In this document: positions 27,795 to 30,875 of the stretch, piece after piece
Layout of the letters: each line of letters starts with the position of its first letter
Position numbering within the stretch: the first letter of the stretch is position 1
DNA from: a virus
Lineage: Duplodnaviria; Heunggongvirae; Uroviricota; Caudoviricetes
DNA: 30,875 nucleotides
Strand: one strand, 5' to 3'
IMG/VR virus record: IMGVR_UViG_2667527965_000004
Position numbers and translations under genes: made by a program
Notes under the pieces: model-generated
What the model was told of the DNA's origin: nothing
The model's input: the letters and a program-made list of their open reading frames with translations, nothing else
Databases searched by the model: none

Positions 27795-28274
27795 ATGATG
27801 CTCGCGTTAGGTATGTTTGTTTTTATGCGCCAGACGCTGCCACACCAGACCATGCAGCGTGAATCAGATTATCGCTGGCCGTCAAATTCCCGTATCGGTA
27901 AACGGGATGCCTTTCAGTTTCTCGGTGTTGGCGAGGAAAACATCACGCTTGCCGGTGTGCTTTATCCCGAGCTGACCGGTGGAAAGCTGACGATGACTAC
28001 GCTCAGGCTGATGGCAGAGGAAGGCCGGGCGTGGCCGTTGCTGGATGGCACCGGCATGATTTACGGCATGTATGTCATCAGCAGGGTGAGTGAAACAGGG
28101 AGTATTTTCTTTGCAGACGGCACACCCCGAAAAATTGATTTTACGCTGTCGCTCACCCGCGTTGATGAATCACTGGCCGCGCTTTATGGCGATATCGGTA
28201 AACAGGCGGAATCGCTCATCGGTAAGGCCGGCAGTATGGCGACCAGATTCACAGGTATGACGGGGGCGGGATAA
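27795..28274 (+). CDS. U: Tail protein U
   Basis: 159 aa, equals P2 U. Confidence 0.85.
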   Translation: MMLALGMFVFMRQTLPHQTMQRESDYRWPSNSRIGKRDAFQFLGVGEENITLAGVLYPELTGGKLTMTTLRLMAEEGRAWPLLDGTGMIYGMYVISRVSETGSIFFADGTPRKIDFTLSLTRVDESLAALYGDIGKQAESLIGKAGSMATRFTGMTGAG

Positions 28275-29437
28275 TGCTGGATGCGCTGACATTTGATGCA
28301 GGCAGTACGCTGACGCCGGATTACATGCTGATGCTCGACAGCAGGGATATTACCGGCAATATCAGCGACCGTCTGATGAGCATGACCCTGACGGATAACC
28401 GGGGCTTTGAGGCTGACCAGCTTGATATTGAACTGGACGATGCTGACGGGCAGGTCGGGCTGCCGGTTCGTGGCGCTGTCCTGACGGTGTATATTGGCTG
28501 GAAAGGTTTTGCCCTGGTATGCAAAGGGAAATTTACCGTTGATGAGGTTGAACACCGGGGAGCGCCGGATGTGGTCACCATCCGCGCCCGGAGTGCGGAT
28601 TTTCGCGGGACGCTCAATTCCCGCCGTGAAGGCTCCTGGCATGACACCACGCTCGGTGCGATTGTTGAAGCGATTGCCTCCCGTAACAGGCTGGAAGCCA
28701 GTGTCGCTCCGTCTCTGGCCGGAATTAAAATCCCGCACATCGACCAGTCGCAGGAGTCTGATGCGAAATTCCTGACCCGTCTTGCAGAACGCAACGGCGG
28801 TGAGGTCTCGGTAAAAATGGGAAAACTGTTGTTTCTCAAAGCGGGGCAGGGGGTGACGGCCAGCGGTAAAAAAATCCCGCAGGTCACCATCACCCGCAGC
28901 GACGGTGACCGTCATCATTTTGCGATTGCTGACCGTGGAGCCTATACCGGCGTAACGGCAAAGTGGCTTCACACCAAAGACCCGAAGCCACAAAAGCAGA
29001 AGGTAAAACTGAAACGCAAAAAGAAAGAAAAACACCTGCGCGCACTGGAACACCCGAAAGCGAAACCAGTCACGCAGAAGAAAGCGCCAAAAGTACCGGA
29101 AGCGCGCGAAGGTGAATACATGGCAGGTGAGGCTGACAACGTTTTTGCCCTGACCACGGTATATGCCACGAAATCGCAGGCCATGCGCGCCGCTCAGGCG
29201 AAGTGGGATAAGCTGCAACGGGGCGTTGCGGAGTTCTCCATCAGTCTGGCTACTGGTCGGGCAGATATTTACACGGAAACGCCGGTCAAAGTATCAGGCT
29301 TTAAGCGCGTCATAGACGAGCAGGACTGGACAATCACTAAGGTGACACATTTTCTGAATAATAGCGGCTTCACGACGTCCTTGGAGCTTGAGGTCAGGCT
29401 TTCTGATGTGGAGTACGAAACAGAAGATGATGAGTGA
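28274..29437 (+). CDS. D: Tail protein D (late control gene D)
   Basis: 387 aa, equals P2 D; TAATG coupling to U. Confidence 0.85.
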   Translation: MLDALTFDAGSTLTPDYMLMLDSRDITGNISDRLMSMTLTDNRGFEADQLDIELDDADGQVGLPVRGAVLTVYIGWKGFALVCKGKFTVDEVEHRGAPDVVTIRARSADFRGTLNSRREGSWHDTTLGAIVEAIASRNRLEASVAPSLAGIKIPHIDQSQESDAKFLTRLAERNGGEVSVKMGKLLFLKAGQGVTASGKKIPQVTITRSDGDRHHFAIADRGAYTGVTAKWLHTKDPKPQKQKVKLKRKKKEKHLRALEHPKAKPVTQKKAPKVPEAREGEYMAGEADNVFALTTVYATKSQAMRAAQAKWDKLQRGVAEFSISLATGRADIYTETPVKVSGFKRVIDEQDWTITKVTHFLNNSGFTTSLELEVRLSDVEYETEDDE

Positions 29438-29518
29438 TGTTTTTATTTTATCTGTTTGTTTTATAAGGATAAATTAACTAAAATGGCACCATCAATAAAA
29501 CCGGAAGAGGTGCTCGCG

Positions 29519-29737
29519 ATGTTTCATTGTCCTTTATGCCAGCATGCCGCACATGCGCGTACAAGTCGCTATATCACTGACACGACAAAAGAGCGTTATC
29601 ACCAGTGCCAGAACGTGAATTGCAGCGCCACGTTCATCACTTATGAGTCGGTACAGCGATACATCGTGAAGCCGGGAGAAGTCCACGCCGTAAGACCGCA
29701 CCCGTTGCCGTCAGGGCAGCAAATTATGTGGATGTGA
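29519..29737 (+). CDS. ogr: Late gene transcriptional activator Ogr (C4 zinc finger)
   Basis: 72 aa from ATG 29519 (MFHCPLCQHAAHARTSRYITDTTKERYHQCQNVNCSATF...); cysteines CPLC/CQNVNC; track ORF from 29456 is an upstream extension. Confidence 0.9.
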   Translation: MFHCPLCQHAAHARTSRYITDTTKERYHQCQNVNCSATFITYESVQRYIVKPGEVHAVRPHPLPSGQQIMWM

Positions 29738-29747
29738 TCACAAAAAT

Positions 29748-29775
29748 AGCCCCCCAGTTGAGGGGCTTTATTTAT
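29748..29775 (+). terminator. Rho-independent terminator after ogr
   Basis: AGCCCC-loop-GGGGCT hairpin followed by TTTATTTAT. Confidence 0.6.
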
Positions 29776-29866
29776 GGTCGATGTGGACGCTATGTGGACA
29801 GTGCTTGATATAAATCCATTTATATCATCAGGTTAGGTGCTTTTTTGTGACACCATCCCTGTCTTC

Positions 29867-29892
29867 CCCCACATGATGTGGGGTTTTTTTTA
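29867..29892 (+). terminator. Strong rho-independent terminator, probably host-derived (possibly the 3' end of the host gene upstream of fieF)
   Basis: CCCCAC-ATGAT-GTGGGG hairpin followed by T8; lies between prophage end and fieF. Confidence 0.55.
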
Positions 29893-29972
29893 TCCTCAAT
29901 TTGCCTGCTGCTTAATGCATTGCAGATGATTTGCTTCCGTTATACTAGCGTCAGTTGATAGCGGGAGTATTT

Positions 29973-30875
29973 ATGAATCAATCTTATGGACGGCTGGTCA
30001 GTCGGGCGGCGATTGCTGCGACGGCGATGGCTTCGTTGCTATTGCTGATTAAAATTTTTGCATGGTGGTATACCGGGTCGGTGAGTATTCTCGCCGCGCT
30101 GGTGGATTCGCTGGTGGATATCGGCGCGTCGTTGACGAATTTACTGGTGGTGCGATATTCCCTGCAACCTGCCGACGATAATCACTCGTTTGGTCACGGT
30201 AAAGCAGAGTCCCTCGCGGCGCTGGCGCAAAGTATGTTTATCTCCGGTTCGGCACTATTCCTGTTTTTGACGGGTATTCAACATCTGATATCTCCAACAC
30301 CGATGACAGATCCAGGCGTCGGGGTTATCGTGACAATTGTGGCGCTAATTTGTACGATTATCCTTGTCTCGTTTCAGCGTTGGGTGGTGCGCCGGACGCA
30401 AAGCCAGGCGGTGCGGGCTGATATGCTACATTACCAGTCTGATGTTATGATGAACGGCGCAATTCTGCTGGCGCTGGGGTTGTCCTGGTACGGCTGGCAT
30501 CGCGCCGATGCTCTGTTTGCATTGGGAATCGGCATCTATATTTTATATAGCGCGTTACGCATGGGATATGAGGCGGTACAGTCATTACTGGATCGCGCAT
30601 TGCCTGATGAGGAACGGCAAGAAATTATTGATATCGTGACTTCCTGGCCGGGTGTTAGCGGCGCTCACGATCTTCGCACGCGGCAGTCAGGGCCGACCCG
30701 CTTTATTCAGATTCATTTGGAAATGGAAGACTCTCTGCCTTTGGTTCAGGCACATATGGTGGCGGATCAGGTAGAGCAGGCTATTTTACGGCGTTTTCCG
30801 GGATCGGATGTAATTATCCATCAGGACCCCTGTTCCGTCGTACCCAGGGAGGGTAAACGGTCTATGCTTTCATAA
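29973..30875 (+). CDS. fieF: Cation diffusion facilitator family Fe(II)/Zn(II) efflux transporter FieF (YiiP)
   Basis: 300 aa from ATG 29973 ([25 protein letters not shown]...), multiple TM helices, [10 protein letters not shown] motif; recognised as enterobacterial FieF. Confidence 0.9.

Larger units (their letters stand above)
1..29775. mobile_element. P2-like prophage (left end and attL lie beyond the window start; right end near the ogr terminator)
   Basis: Contiguous set of P2-ordered genes with P2-matching protein lengths; host gene fieF follows at 29973. Confidence 0.85.

Noticed and set aside
1-30875. CRISPR arrays, tRNA/rRNA genes, IS elements
   Set aside because: No regularly spaced direct repeats, no tRNA-like cloverleaf regions and no transposase-like ORFs with terminal inverted repeats were seen.

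Overview
Nearly the whole window (1 to about 29775) is a P2-like temperate myovirus prophage, in integrated gene order, lying just upstream of the host cation-efflux gene fieF (29973..30875, Escherichia/Shigella-type). Gene order and most protein lengths match phage P2: int, C, cox, B, small early orfs, A, then cos, then Q-P on the minus strand, then O-N-M-L-X-Y-K-lysA-lysB-lysC-R-S-V-W-J-I-H-G, FI-FII-E/E'-T-U-D-ogr. Two accessory positions differ from P2. Between A and cos (where P2 carries tin/old) there is an ASCH-like gene, a small coupled gene, a long AT-rich gap and an AT-rich 298-aa orphan gene with no motif I can recognise; this is my best candidate for an undescribed cargo or defence function. 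Between G and FI (where P2 carries Z/fun) there is a Mu/P1-style invertible tail-fibre cassette flanked by 26-bp gix-like inverted repeats, with a serine invertase gene immediately outside. Other elements read directly from the sequence include a P2-type cos match, the E/E' T6G slippery site, nested lysC, palindromes in the C/cox switch region, and two hairpin terminators between ogr and fieF. No tRNA, rRNA, CRISPR array or IS element was seen. All calls rest on reading the sequence and recalled family knowledge; no searches or computations were run.
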